The notes beneath the pieces were generated by a model. That model did no database searches. It was not told the DNA's origin and saw only the letters and a list, made by a program, of their open reading frames with translations. A program made the position numbers and the translations under genes. A DNA stretch of 64,000 nucleotides from Mobula hypostoma (taxonomy: Eukaryota): the NCBI RefSeq assembly GCF_963921235.1, contig NC_086097.1:247444001-247508000 (forward strand), given 5' to 3'. Position 1 is the stretch's first letter, and every line of letters starts with the position of its first letter. Below, piece after piece: positions 36,293 through 50,311 of this stretch.

Positions 36293-38456
36293 CATCTATC
36301 TGTATCTTAAATATATTTAGTGAAGAAGCCTCAACTGCTTCCCTGGGCAGAAAATTCATAGATTGACCACTCTCTGGGAAAAACAGTTTCTCCTCATCTC
36401 CGTCCTAAATCTTCTCCTCTGAATCTTGAGACAATGTCCCCTAGTTCTAGTCTCACCTACCAATGGAAACAACTTTCCTACTTCTATCTTATCTATGCCT
36501 TTCAAAATTTTGTGTATTTTTATAAGATCCCCTCTCATTCTTCTGAATTCCAGAGAGTATAGTCCTAGGCAACTCAATCTCTCCTCATAGGTTAACCCCT
36601 TCATCTCTGGAATCAACCTTCCTTAGGAGTTTACAGAGATTCACAGGACATCTAAAACTTTGACAAACTTCTATGGATGTGTAGTGGAGAGTGTACTGAC
36701 TGGCTGCGTCACAGCCTGGGATGGATACACCAATGCACTTGAATGGAAAACTCTACAAAAGGTAATGAATGCAGCCCAGTCCATCTCAGGTAATATCCTA
36801 CCATCACTGAGCACACCATCATCAGGGACCCCACTGTCCAGGACGTGATCGCTTCTCTCCACTCCCATCAGGAAGAAGGTACAGGAGCCTCAGGACTGAC
36901 TCCACCAGCTTCAGGAACAGTTACTACCACTCAACCATTGGGCTCTTGAACCAGAGGAAATAACTTCACTCAATTTCACTTGCCCCATCATTGAAATGTT
37001 CCCACAACCAATGGACTCACTTTGAAGGACTCTTCATCTCATGTTCTCAATAGTTACTGCTTGTTTTCTCATTATTATTATTTCTTTCTTTCTGTCCTTG
37101 CACATTTTGTTATCTTTTGCACACTGGCTGCATGCCAAGTTGGTGCGGTCTTTCAGTTATTCTGTGATGGTATTATTGTATTGAGATTGCCTGTGAGGAA
37201 ATGAATCTCAGGGTTGTATATGGTGAAATATATGTCCTTCAATAAGATACAGTTCAATAGATTTTTACATAGTAGGGGAATCAAGGGTTATGGGGGAAAG
37301 GAAGCAGATGGAGCTGAGTTTACGGACAGATCACACCCATAAGTCCTTCATGAACACCCACAAGTCCTGATGACGCTGTGATTTCAGTCTCCAAGGCCAA
37401 GGTGAGAGCATCCTTCGGGGGGTGAGCCCACAGAAAGCATCCGGCTCAGATGGGGTACCTGGCCAAGTGCTAAAGACCTGTGATCAACTGGCTGGGGTGT
37501 TCACCAATATCCTTAACCTCTTGCTTCAGCAGTCCGAGGTACCCACCTGCTTCAAGCAGACTTCAATCATGCTGGTGCCTAAGATGAATGCAGTAACTTG
37601 CCTCAGTGACTCCTGTCTGAAAAGCAACTTGGATCCACTCCAATTTGCCTACTGTCACAACAGGTCAACAGCAGATGCCATTTCATTGACTCTTCTCTCA
37701 ACCCTGGAACATCTGGATGCCAAAGATTCATACATCAGCATTCTCTTTATCAGCTACAGCTTGGCTTTCAATACCGTCACCCCCTCAAAAGCTATCAATA
37801 AGCTCCAAGATCTTGGCCTCAATACCACCTTGTACAATTGGATCCTCAATTTCCTCACTTGTAGACCCCAGGCAGTTCAAATTGGCAAAAACATCTCCTT
37901 CACAATCTCCATCAGCACAGATGCACCACGAGGCTTTGTGCTTAGCCCCTGCTCCACTCACTTTATACTTATGACTGTGAGGCTAAGCACAGCTCCGATG
38001 GCGTATGTAAGTTTTCTGATGAAACCACTGTTGGCCAAAACAAAGATGAATCAGTATATAGGAGGGAGATTGGAAATCTGGCTGAGTGGTGCCACAACAA
38101 CCTCTTACTCAATGTCAGCAAGACCAAGGAACTTATTTTTGCCTTCAGGAGGAGAAAACCTGAGGTCAAAGAGCCAGTTCTCATCGGAGGATTGGAGGTG
38201 CAAAGAATCAGCACCTCGGTGTTATCATTTCAGAGGATCTGCCCTGGGTCCTGCATGTAAGTGCAATTATGAAGAAAGCACGGCAGTGCCTCTTCTTCCC
38301 GAGAAGTTTACAAACATTTGGCATGACACCTGACACTCTGATGAACTTCTATAGATGTGTGGTGGAGAGTATATTGACTGGCTGCATCACAGCCTGGTAT
38401 GGAAACACCAATGCTCTTGGATGGAAAATCTACAAAAAGTAATCAATGTGGCTCAG

Positions 38457-39230
38457 TGTAACCCTCTCACCACGGCTCGTACACAAACATGGCTCGTTAG
38501 CTAACTCTGACAACGGCCACATGACTCAGTGGTGAGGCCTCCTTTCACAAAAAATATACATCCAGGGTCGGTATGATTTGGGGTTCAGTCAGACAGGAAC
38601 ATTGTGACGTTCTGATTAAAGGAACCTTGATTTGAGCAAATGTGTAAATACTGCCCATACACAATTATCAGTCGCCAAGAAATAACAGATCGTACACCGC
38701 ATAAAATTATAAAGGAAGCGTATTTACCAATTTCAGCTTTATCTCATAGTTAATAGGTCAAAGAAAAGAACAGAAAAGAAAATGGCCCACTACAATTAAA
38801 GCAGTCCAATGTGCACATGACTGTTGGAGCTCATACTGCCGTATTCGAGGGTGCATCTCTTACTCACGCACCTTGAGTATTGGCCCTTCCGCCTGCAGCC
38901 AGTTGTCTGCACAAAGCACTTCTTGCAAGGGGACTCTCCTTCCAACAGCATTCTGCAGCATCTGTCCTTGTGCCCCGCTTCACAACTCCACCTAAAGACT
39001 TCAGACCAGACTACTGTCCTTCAGAAAACTCCTCCCCGCAGCTCGCTAGAACCTTCTCTCACATCCCACAATCCTGATTGGTTGACACAACACTCCTAAG
39101 TTGAACAACAGACCTCTTATCTTCAGCTGAAACCACAACATTTTACCAGCAGGACACACTGCTTTTGCAGAAAACTGTTAAAATGAAATACTTACACCAC
39201 AGCAGTAGAAATCTTAACTGGGGCATTACA
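38457..39230 (-). mobile_element. Solo LTR related to 23111-23907
   Basis: TGTAA...TTACA termini; minus strand tgtaatgccccagttaagatttctactgct aligns with 23111; no clean TSD. Confidence 0.7.
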
Positions 39231-39691
39231 CAGGTAAAGCCCATCCCACCATTGAGCATGTAAGACCATTAGACCATAAGACGTAGGAGCAAAATTAGGC
39301 CATTCAACCCATCGTGTCTTCTCTGCCATTCTATCATGGCTGATCCCAGAATCCACTCAACCCCATACACCTGCCTTCTCACCATATCTTTTGATGCCCT
39401 GACCGGTCAGGAAATGATCAATTTCTGCTTTAAATATACCCATGGACTTAGCCTCCACTACAGTCTGTGGCAGAGCATTCCACAGATTTACTACTCTCCA
39501 GCTAAAAAAATTCCTCCTTACCTCTGTTCTAAAAGGTTGCCCCTTAATTTTGAGGCTACGGCCTCTAGTTCTGGATACCCCCACCATAGGAAACATCCTC
39601 TCCACATCCAATCTACCTAGTCCTTTCAACATTTGGTAAGTTTCGATTAGATCACTCCGCATTCTTTTAAATTCCAGTGAGATCAGGCCCA

Positions 39692-40324
39692 GGAAGGCGG
39701 GAGGAGAAGATGGCGGTGTGCCTGCGTGTGTGCAGCCCTCTGGTGAAAAATGATATCGTATTTGTTAAGTAGGGTCCGTGGACAATTCTGATTTGATGGA
39801 GAATGGACGTGAAAGCACAGAGGAACATCTGGAGAAATTTCTGAAACGGCCATTCGCTGCTGTCATTACTGTGTGGTCAGGAATCTTTCGGAGGGTAGGC
39901 CTCAAAATCCCCGGCCTTGCCTGCTTTTGGCGACCGAGAAGGAGGTCGAATCGTTCTGACAGAGATGGCGCTCAGTACTCGGTGTTGGAGAGCTGACCAG
40001 AGCTCGAAGTTTTCGGATGACTCAGAGTCAGATTGATGTGGCTTGGCAGGGAGAGTTTTTCTTCCTTCTCCCATCTGTGTGAGATGTGGGACATTTGAGA
40101 GACTTTGAACTTTACTGTGCTCATGGACTTCTTCATCAAGTTATGGTATTGTTGCACTGTTTGTAACTATACGTTATAATTATGTGGTTTTGTCAGTTTT
40201 TTCAGTCTTGGTCTGTCCTGTGTTTTGTGATTATCACACCAGAGGAAATAATGTATCATTTCTTAATGCATGCATTACTAAACGACAATAAAAGAGGACT
40301 ACGTGTCTTCATAATCTAAAAAAA
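39692..40324 (+). mobile_element. Non-coding, non-autonomous retroposon with YY1-motif 5' end and Rex1-like 3' end
   Basis: Interrupts CR1 at caggccca|aagctgcc; starts with AAGATGGCGG; ends acaataaaagagg...cataatct plus oligo-A. Confidence 0.65.
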
Positions 40325-40342
40325 AGCTGCCAAACACTCGTC

Positions 40343-40625
40343 AATGAGTTGAGAGTTAAAGGGCAAAAGTTTAGGGGTAACACGAGGGGGAACTTCTTTA
40401 CTCAGAGAGTGGTAACTGTGTGGAACGAGCTTCCAGCAGAAGTGGTTGAGGCAGGTTCGATATTGTCATTTAAAGTTAAATTGGATAGATATATGGACAG
40501 GAAAGGAAAGGAGGGTTATGGGCTGAGTGCAGGTCGGTGGGACTAGGTGAGAGTAAGCGTTCGGCATGGACTGGAAGGGCCGAGATGGCCTGTTTCTGTG
40601 CTGTAATTGTTATATGGTTATATGT
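40343..40625 (+). mobile_element. CR1/HER1 3' end nested in an antisense CR1
   Basis: RGNFFTQRVVTVWNELP; tail gttatatggttatatg. Confidence 0.9.
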
Positions 40626-42752
40626 CAACTTCTTCATTCCCAGAATCATCCTCATGAACCTCCTCTGGACACTTTCCAAAGACAACATTCCTTTCTGAGA
40701 TATGGGACCCAAAACTCCAAGTGCAGCTTGACTAATGTCTTATAAAGCCTCAGCATTACCTGCTTGCTTTTATATTCTATTCCCCTTGAAATAAATGCCA
40801 ACATTGCATTTGCCTTCTTTACCACAGACCCAACCTGTAATTTAACCTCTAGGAGTCTTGCACAAGGACTCATAAGTCCCTTTACACCACTGATGTTTGA
40901 ATTTTTTGCTCATTTAGATAATAGTCTGCACTATTTTCCTTTTATCAAAATGCATTATCATATATTTCCCAACACCCTATTCCAGCTAACACTTTTTTGC
41001 CCATTCTTCCAATTTGCCTAACTCTTGCTGCAATCGCATTGTTTCCTCAGCACTACCTACCCCTCCACCTGTCTTTGTATCATCTGCAAACATCTACATG
41101 GAACAGTGTCACAGTAAAGCAGCATTCATTATCAAGACCATGCAGGTTATGGTCTCTTCTCATCGTGACTATCAGGAAGGAGGTATAGGAGCCTCAGGAC
41201 CCACACTACCAGGTTCAGGAATAGTTATTCCCCGTCAACAATCAGGCTCTCCAATCAGTGGAGATTAACTTAACTCGCTCCATCACAGAAATGTTCCCAC
41301 AACGTATGGACTCATTTTCAAGGACTCTTCATCTCATCTTCTCAATAGTTATTGCTTATTTATTTCTTCTTTTTGTATTTGCATGGTTGTCTGTCCATCC
41401 TGTTGGGTATGATCTTTCATTGATTCTATTGTGTTTCTTGGAATTACTGTATATGTCCAAAAGAAAATGAATCTCAGGGTCATATATGATGACATTTATG
41501 TACTTTGATAATAAATTTACTCTGAACTTTGAACTTTGAATCAGTTCTCCGTGTCTCCCAGAAAGAGCCACTTTAGGTTTTAAAATGTCTTTATTCTCTT
41601 CTTGTATTGAGATTCAAACTTCTTAACAGAGGATCTACCATATGTATCACTCCAGCAAGATCATTTGAGCTTTTGGTTGTGAACTGAAATTTAGCCATAA
41701 ATTTCAGGGGTTGTTCCTGTAAAGGTTAGGCTGAGTAAACAGCAACATCTGTTCAAAGTTCGAAGTTCAAAGGAGATTTATTATCAAAGTCACCATATAC
41801 TACCTTGAGATTTGTTTCCTTGCAGGCATTTACAGGGAAATAAAGAAATACAATAGATTTTATGAAAAACTATAAATAATAAAGATTGACAAATAACTTC
41901 TGCGCAAAATGAAAACACATCATGAAAACAAAATAAGTAAATAAATAATACTGAATTGTAGAGTCCTTGCAAGTGAGTCTATAAGTTGTGGAATCAGTTC
42001 AGTGTTAGGCCGAGTAAATTTATTCATGCTGGCTCAGGACCCCAATGGGGAAAGAAGTTACCAATAAAAAATTCCAGGCTACACCGTTCTTTCATTGTTT
42101 TAACTTTCTCTCTCACTCAGGTGGCAACGGAGAAGAAGTGTTGAAGGAGAAGGGAGTGGCCAATCATGTCAAAAAATTCTAAAATAAGATACGATTATTT
42201 GTCACATGTAGTTTGAAACATACAGTGAGATACGCCTTTTGCTTCAAGTCAAATAAATGAGCGTTGCACTGGGGGCAGCCCGCAAGTGTCGCCATGCTTC
42301 CGGTAACAAAATACTGCAGCATGCTCACAACTTCCTAATCCTAACTGTATACCTTTGGAATGTGAGCAACTGAAGGAAACGCATGTGGTGGTGGAGAGAA
42401 CGTACAAACTCCTTACAGACAGCAGAGGGAGCTGAACCCCGATTGGTGATCGCTGGTGCTAGAAAGCATTTGCTCTAACCGCCACATGACTGTGCCAGTT
42501 ATATGCTGGTCGGGAAGGAGGATTAGGGTTAATACACACAAGAGATTCTGCAGATGCTGGAAATCCAGAGCAACACACACAAAATGCTGCAGGAACTCAT
42601 CTATGAAGGGGAATAAACAGTTGATGCCAAGACTCCTCATCAGAATTGGGTTAATACATGATGTATGCAGAGGATAGATTGAGTGAGCTTGGGCTTTTCT
42701 TTTTGGAGCCAAGGAGGATGAGAAGTGACTTGATAGATGATAAGAGATAGAT

Positions 42753-43192
42753 GACACTGCCCAGAATAAGGCAATGGCAAACCACTTCTGTAGGAAAGTT
42801 TGCCGAGAGCAATCAAAGTCATCATTGCCCACATCATACAACATGGCACATGATGATGATGATGTACCTTCTTCCTGAAAGCAGCAGCAAGAAGAGAGCA
42901 TGATCTGGATGGGCCTGTAAAGACACTGCCCAGAAGAAGGCAATGGCAGACCACTTCTGTAGAAAAGTTTACCAACAACAATCATGGTCATCATTACCAA
43001 CGTCATACGATATGGCACATGATGATGATGATGTACCTTCTTCCTGAAGGCAGCAGCAAGAAGAGAGCATGATCTGGACAGTCCTGTAAAGACGAATGCA
43101 ATGGCAGACCACTTCTGTAGAAAAAATTACCAAGAGTAATCATGGAAAGACCATGATTGTCCGCGTCATACAACATGAAACGTAATGATGAT
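42753..43192 (+). repeat. Three tandem RTE-type 3' tails separated by a duplicated ~55-bp spacer
   Basis: gcaatggca(a/g)accacttctgtag...tgatgatga occurs three times; spacer taccttcttcctgaa(a/g)gcagcagcaagaagagagcatgatctgga occurs twice. Confidence 0.8.
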
Positions 43193-44369
43193 CACGTCAG
43201 GAAGCAAGTTGGAGTTTCAAATCTAGTGTTAAGAGACAAACATTCACAAATTTAATAGCCGATGTGTTGAACAATATTTAATACACAGTGGTGAAATTGA
43301 AACAATTAGGAATGGCCTTCAGCAAGATCTTCACCACCTTCGCAATCACACAGTGAAATCTCTGGGATAAGCTTTTCTTTACTGATACAAGATCTTATCA
43401 AATAGCAATATTTAGTCCCAAGGGTTGACTTGAAAAGAAATCTAACCACTACAGAAACAGGTTCAAATGATATATGTTTTGATGTTTGGCTATTGATTAT
43501 ATCAGCTTTAATTCAGTAAAGCTGATTTCTATCTGCTGCCAATATTAGCCACAGCTTACAGAGTAAAAGACCAAAGGCAGGCTTGCTAAAATGGAAGTGA
43601 TATTTGTTTCTACCACATTCTGGCTGCCGAATTCAAACAGCAAGCCTTTGTCCTTCACAGTTGTGGGAAATCATGCTTTAAAACCGCTAGGTTGACCATG
43701 CATGGTTATTATACAGTTCTCATGTTCACATCATGTGTCATCTGACCAAAGGAGCGTCTACAAAGTGAAAGCCTCATGCAAAATTTATGCTTATACGGCT
43801 GTTTCAGTCAGTGGAAAAATCAATACTGCAGTCTTGATGCTCAGAAATGACTGAGTGCTCTCTGATTGACACTAAAAGCACTAAGAGATTGAAAGGCTGC
43901 ATTTGCTGCCTGTGGAATCGAGTGTATTAGAGCTCATATAATAGTCTGCTCACCTTATATTAGCCTTTCCCCAGGATTATTTTTGATAACAATTATGATT
44001 TTGAAGTTCAAAGCAATTACACCATTACATCGAGATGGTGGCTTTTAAGTCACAGAAAGCTGTCATCTATTTCACACAGAACTGCTTTATAATTATTTTC
44101 CAACAATGCACTTTGAACCTCAGGAACATTTATTCGTAATATGATGTATTATTCCTCTATTCCATTTCATTATTTATACACAAGAAAATGACATTTACAT
44201 TTAAATTAAAGTTTTCTGTGAACACAGTCATTGATGGTTACAAATACATCAGCCGTTGGGCGGGGGGGAGAGTCTTCTTAAAGTTTATCTCCACAATTTG
44301 ATCCAACAACTCAATAAAACTAATATATAATATCTTTTAATTTTATTGATCCAACTATTGTTGAATCTA

Positions 44370-44909
44370 CACTCAGTGGCCACTTTATTAGGTACAGCTT
44401 GGAATCCGGTGTGTTTTCTGCTGCTGTAGCCTGTCCACTTCCAGGTTCAATGTGTTGTGCATCCAGAGATGTTCTTCTGGACACCACTGTTGTAACACAT
44501 GGTTATTTGAGTTATTGTTGCCTTCATGTCAACTTGAACCAGTCTGGCCATTCTCCTCTGACCTCTCTTCATTAACAAGGTTTCTTCACCCACAGAACTG
44601 CCATTCACTAGATTTTGTTTTTTGTTTTTCATACCATTCCCTGTAAACTCTAGAGACTGTTGTGGGTGAAAATCCGAGGAAATCAGCAATTTCTGAGATA
44701 CTCGAACCACCCCATCTGACACCAACAATCATTCCATGATCAAAGTCACTTAGGTCGCATTTCATCCCTTTTCTGATGTTTGGTCTGAACAACTGAACCT
44801 CTTGACCATGCCTGCATGCTTTTATACATTGAGTTGCTGCCACATGATTGGCTGGTTAGATATTTGCGTTAACAAGCATAGGTGTGCCTATGAAAATGGC
44901 CATTGAATG
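44370..44909 (-). mobile_element. Internally deleted Tc1 transposon retaining the N-terminal HTH coding remnant
   Basis: TIR CACTCAGTGGCCACTTTATTAGGTACA with a degenerate partner, TA on both sides; DLSDFDHGMIVG..SISEIADFLGFSPTTVSRVYREW and RGQRRMARLVQ. Confidence 0.92.
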
Positions 44910-45092
44910 TATAAATACAAGCTCGTGCTTTTTTATTTTACTCCTGTCCACTCTTCTAGTCAAATTCCAGGAGACAATTCTGATGTTTTACCATTGGAAA
45001 ATACTTATTATCATACCAGCAACTACTGAAAAAAAGGCAAGACTTTTCAGAGATGTTGGGATACCTGCAGTCACGCTTATCCTTCATGGTTG

Positions 45093-45515
45093 AGCTACTT
45101 GCCTGTACTCGTTGGAGTTCAGAAGAATGAGGGGGGATCTCATTGAAACCTATTGAACATTGGAAGGCCTAAAAGAGTGGACATGGAGAGGATGTTTCTC
45201 ATAGTTGGTGATTCCAGCACCAGAGGGCACAGCCTCAGAATACAAGGATGTCCACTTAGAACAGAGATAAAGAGGCATTTCTTTACCCAGTGGGTGGTGA
45301 ATCTATGGAATTCATTGCCACAGACGGCTGTGGAGGCCAAGTTATTGGGTGTCTTTAAAGTGGGGGTTGATAGGTTCTTGATTAGCCAGGGCATCAAAGG
45401 TTTTGGGGAAAGGTAGCAAAATCAAGTTGAGAGGGATAATAAATCAGACATGATGGAATGGTAAAGCAGACTCAATGGGCCAAAAGGCTTATTTCTGCTC
45501 CTATATCTCATAGCT
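45093..45515 (+). mobile_element. CR1 3' fragment
   Basis: ORF 45153..45416 RGHSLRIQGCP..VVNLWNSLPQ. Confidence 0.9.
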
Positions 45516-46649
45516 TAATTAATCCCAAAGTCTAGTGATTCGAGTGGTTATGTAGACACCTCTGAAACGTATCAGAGAGTCTGCCTTCACCACACCTTCC
45601 AGCAATGCGTTCCAGTACTTGCAACTCTCTGGGTGAAAGTAGTCCTTCCCTGAAACCCTCTGAATTTCTTACACCTGTACTCTGTTGACCCATTCTAGTT
45701 TTATTCATATCAGGAGTCCAGGGACAAAACCCCATTATGGTCAGGACTTAAGTGGAGCCCGGCCCTCTCTTCCATTCAGGAAGTTCCCAAGCCATTGTTA
45801 ACTGGGTTGAAGCCCTACCGAGCCTCTGCATTTAATGGGAGAATCCAGGACCAGAGTGCACAACCTCTGAATACAACGATGCCCCTTTAGAACAGAGATG
45901 GGGAAGAATTTCATTAGCCAGAGGGTGGTGAATCTGTGCAATTCATTGCTACAGGCAGCTGTAGAGAACAAGTCACTGGGAATATTTAAAGCGGAGGTTT
46001 TAGGCACAAAAGGTTCTGCAAATGCTGGAAATCCAAAACAACACATACAAAATGCATGCAGTACACAGCAAGCCAGGCAGCATCTGTGACAAGGCACACG
46101 TCACTGATAATTTGGGCCGAGACCCTTCATCAGGACTGGAAAAGAAGGGGGAAGATGCCAAGAATAATAAGAGTTGAGAGGGATAATAAATCAGCCATGA
46201 TCCAATGGCAGAGGAGAGTCGATGGGCCAAATGGCCTAATTCTGCTCTTATAGCTTATGGCTTCAGTTACTAAATTAGTCTAAAATGAACTCAACTCTGT
46301 TATGTAGATGAAGTAAATGAATGGCTATTTAATCTTATTAAATTTGGGAAATTTACCCATCAATTTGTCTTGGTCCGAAACATCTTCCTATAGATGCTGC
46401 CTGGCCTGCTGCGTTCCACCAGCATTTTGTGTGTGTTGCTTGAATTTTCAGTCAGGTTTATTTTGCAGGTAGTAGTTATATCTTTTCAAGAAATCTTGTT
46501 CCCTTTGACTGTTAATTTGTTTTCCTCATACAGAGTTGCAAATAATGATGACAGGGACATTAGTTGAAATCATTATATTTAAATTCCACAGTCCACTTAC
46601 TAATATACTATGTCATGCTGTCAGACAATCCTTCATATAATGTTAATCT

Positions 46650-46940
46650 GTTTATTTATTAATTTATCGAGATACAGTGCAGGATTGGCCCTTCCAGCCC
46701 TTCGAGCCACACCGCCCAGCAACCCCTGATTTAATCCTAGCTAATCACAGGACAGTTTACAATGACCAATTAACCTACCAACCGGTACGTCTTTGGATCG
46801 TGGGAGGAAACCAGAGCACCCAGAGGAAACCCACCCGGTCGCGGGGAGAACGTACAAACTCCTTGCAGGCGGTGGTGGGAATTGAACTCAGGCCGCACGT
46901 ACTGTAAAGCGTTGCGACAGCCAGTACGATACCATGCTGT
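46650..46940 (-). mobile_element. HE1-like V-SINE
   Basis: Minus strand gagttcaattccc, ggagtttgtacgttctccccgcgacc..gggtttcctctgggtgctctggtttcctcccac, CR1-type tail. Confidence 0.85.
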
Positions 46941-47934
46941 GTTCAGCAAAGGCTGAAGGGAGATGTTGCAGATTAACAGGTGGGTGTGGGGAGGATGTTG
47001 TTATAGATTATTTCAGCATTTTAAATATGGAGAAATCAATTCAGTCTGACAAGATAGAAAGATCGCACTCATGAATTTGGCAAAATAGCTCATGCTGTTG
47101 TGGTAATGCATCCATTATCACTATATAATAGGACCTAGTTTTTCCGACAAATCTATATGATGTGTATGCGATAGATTTTACAACAAGTAGTTTACATTTG
47201 GCTTGGGTTCAATTCAATGCCACTGGGAATTTTTGCATTCACAGTAACTTTAATTTATTCATATTAAATGAACAATGTGCTTCAAAGTGAAATATTGAAT
47301 ATAGACCACTATGAACTATATATTTTGTATAAAGTTTAAAGATTAGCTTTATTTGTCATTTGTACATTGAAATGTACAGTGAACTGCATTGTTTGCATCA
47401 AATCAAATCAGTAAGGATTGTGGTGGGGCAGCCCGCAAGTGTCACCGTGCCTCCAGTTCCAACATATCAAGCCAGAATCAGGTTTAATATCACTGACATA
47501 TTTCGTGAAAATTTATTGTTTTGTGGCAGGAGTACAGTGCCGTATGTAAAAAAATAGCACCAATTACAATAATAAATAGATATATTCATGGATTTTTAAA
47601 ATGTATTGCATTGTAATTCTGTTGCAAAACAAGAAATTACTAACCCTAACCGGTACATCCTTGACTGTGGGAGGAAACTGGATCACCTGGAAGAAACCCA
47701 CGTGGCCGTGGTGAGAACGTACAAACTCCTTACAGACAGTGGTGGGAATCGAACCCCGATCTTATGGCTGGTGTTGTAATACTCACTGCTACGCTATTGT
47801 GCCATCCTTTGTATGTCTTTACATTACCAAAAAAAAACTACAAACTGGATTACTGATTTCAAGTGGAGCATAAAAATATTTCCCATTGCAACTAATTTAT
47901 TAAAGAAAGGGAATGTTATTATTTCGGAAGCCGC

Positions 47935-48640
47935 GTCCTGGGCCCAGTTATTATGAAGAAAGCATAGCAGTGCCTCTGCTTCCTTAGGAGTTTGTGAAGA
48001 ATCAGAATGACATCTAAAACTTTGACAAACTTCTATAGATGTGTAGTGGAGACTATACTGACTGGCTGCGTCACACTGATGCCCCTGAACGGAAATTCCT
48101 ACAAAGAGTGATGGATACGACCCAGTCTATCCCAGCTAAAGACCTCCAACCATTGAGCACATCTCTATGAAAGGCTGTCATAGGAAAGCAGTTTTCAACA
48201 TCAAGGACTCCCACCAGCTGGGACATGCCTTCTTCTTATTGCTGCCATCAGAAAGGAGGTACAGGAACCTCATGACTCACACCACCAAGTTCAGGAACCG
48301 TTATTGCCCCTCAATCATCAGGCTCCTGATCCAAAGGGGATAATTCCATTCAACTTCATTTGCTTCATCATTGAAAGTTTCTCACTCTCAAAGACTCTTC
48401 TTCCATGCTCTCAATATTTATTGCTTATTTATTTATTATTAGTATTTCCTTCTTTTTGTATTTGCACAGTTTGTTGTCTTCTGCACTCTGGTTCAATGCC
48501 CAAGTTGGGCGATCTTTCATTGATTCTGTTATGGTTATTGTTCCTAGATTTACTGAGTATGCTCACAAGAAAATGCATCTCAGGGTTATATATTATGACA
48601 TAAATGTACTTTGATAATAAGTTTACTTTGAACTTTGAAT
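47935..48640 (+). mobile_element. Rex1 3' fragment
   Basis: KTLTNFYRCVVETILTGC-type coding remnant and 3'UTR with a tttgaactttgaa tail. Confidence 0.85.
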
Positions 48641-49844
48641 CGGAATCAGGTTTATTACGACTGACGTATGCAGCCGTACAGGACAATGTATAAAAATTAC
48701 TATAAGATACAATAAGAAATATATAAAAATATTGGTGCAAAAATGTGAGTAAAATAGTGAAGTAGTGTTCATGGACAATTCAGAAATCTGATTGCCGAGG
48801 GGAAGAAGCCATTTCTAAAACAGTGTGTGCTTCACCATAGGGAGTTTGTTAGAAACTACTCTAAGATGAGGTATTCTAATATGACTGGATGATAAGAGGC
48901 ATAGATTGAGTGGACAGCCGGAGACTTTCTCCCAGGGCAGAAATGGCAAACACCATTTAAGGTGCTTGCAGGAAAGTAAAGGGGGCATGTCAGGGATACG
49001 ATTTTTCATAGAGAGTGGTGGGTGCATAAATTGCACTGTTGGGGTGGTGGTCAAGGCAGATACATCAGGAACATTTAACAGATTCTTAGATAGGCACATG
49101 GATGTCAGAAAATCGGAAGACTACATGGGAGGGAAGGGATAGACTCATTTTAAAGTAGTTTACCATATCGTTCCCAAATGTACTGTTCAGAATGACTATC
49201 TAGAGGCAATCCAAACATAGCGGATGCAGCACCAATTAATAATTGGAATTGATAGGCTGAGTGAGCTTGGGCTTTTCTCTTTGGAGTGAAGGAGGATGAG
49301 AGATGACTTGATAGAGATAAGAGACGTAAATTGAATCAATAGACAGAGACTTATTATCTGAACAAGTCTCATCTTCTTTTACACATTGACTGTTTGTCAG
49401 TTTCTGTTTATGTATAGTTTTTCATACGTTCTATTGTATTTCTTTATTTTCTTGCAAATGCCTGCAAGAAAATGAACCTCAAGGTAGTATAAGGTGACTT
49501 TGATAATAAATTGATTTTGAGTCTGTCTGAATCCTCTGCCCTTCATTACATCCACCGTTCAGTCAGACAGACCACCCTTTAACATTGCATCCATGAGACT
49601 ACACTAATGACTGCACTAAGCCCCTCGGTTTTCTGCTTAAATGTCAGCCTTGGAATGTGCTGATGTCTGTCAAGAAGGGCATGAATCTACAACCTTCCGA
49701 CTCAAAGGTAAGGACATGAATGCTGATTCACGGCTGACACAAATAACTTTGACAATATACTTCTGAGCCTGTGCTGGTAATAAGCTTTCTCACCGACAAA
49801 TAGGAAATCATTGGGATAAGAATTGGGAAGATGATATACAGGAA

Positions 49845-50311
49845 CAGTACTGTGCAGAAGTCTAAGGCACATATGTATATAGTTAGGGTGCCTAAGACTT
49901 TTGCACAGTACTATATTTGTTAATGTGGAGCGGAGAACGAGTTTGAGGATTCGGCAGGAGGAAAGGATGTTGGGAATGGTGAGGGTGGAGCACCACGGGA
50001 GGGGTGTGGGCAGGTGGCAGAGAAGGAGTGCCGGGGGGTGGATAGTGCAGATGCAGACACATCCAGCACGGAGACACCAGGCAAGATCATTTGATTCCAA
50101 ACAATTTGTTTATTGATCATTACAGAATGCCTCTCTGGTGCTTCCCACTCCCTGCCCTCTCCCTTCCCCTTTTCCCAACCATGATTCCTCTCTCTCTGCC
50201 CCCTTCCCACTCTCAGTCCACAATAGGGACTCATATCAGAATCAGATTTATCATCACTCACCTATGGCATGAAATCTGTTTTTTTTGCAGTAGCAGCAGC
50301 ACAGTGCAATA
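49845..50311 (-). mobile_element. Composite Tc1-TIR element, copy 3
   Basis: Reverse complement of about 790-1256; mini-MITE at 49845-49913. Confidence 0.8.

Larger units (their letters stand above)
39260..41092 (-). mobile_element. CR1 3' portion nested in Rex1, itself carrying two inserts
   Basis: ORFs 39357..39662 and 40652..40873. Confidence 0.9.
37335..41535 (+). mobile_element. Rex1-clade LINE (RT to 3'UTR) split by nested insertions
   Basis: ORF 37422..38333 [18 protein letters not shown]; the sequence resumes at 39231 and at about 41091 and ends in a (TTTGAAC)n tail. Confidence 0.9.
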
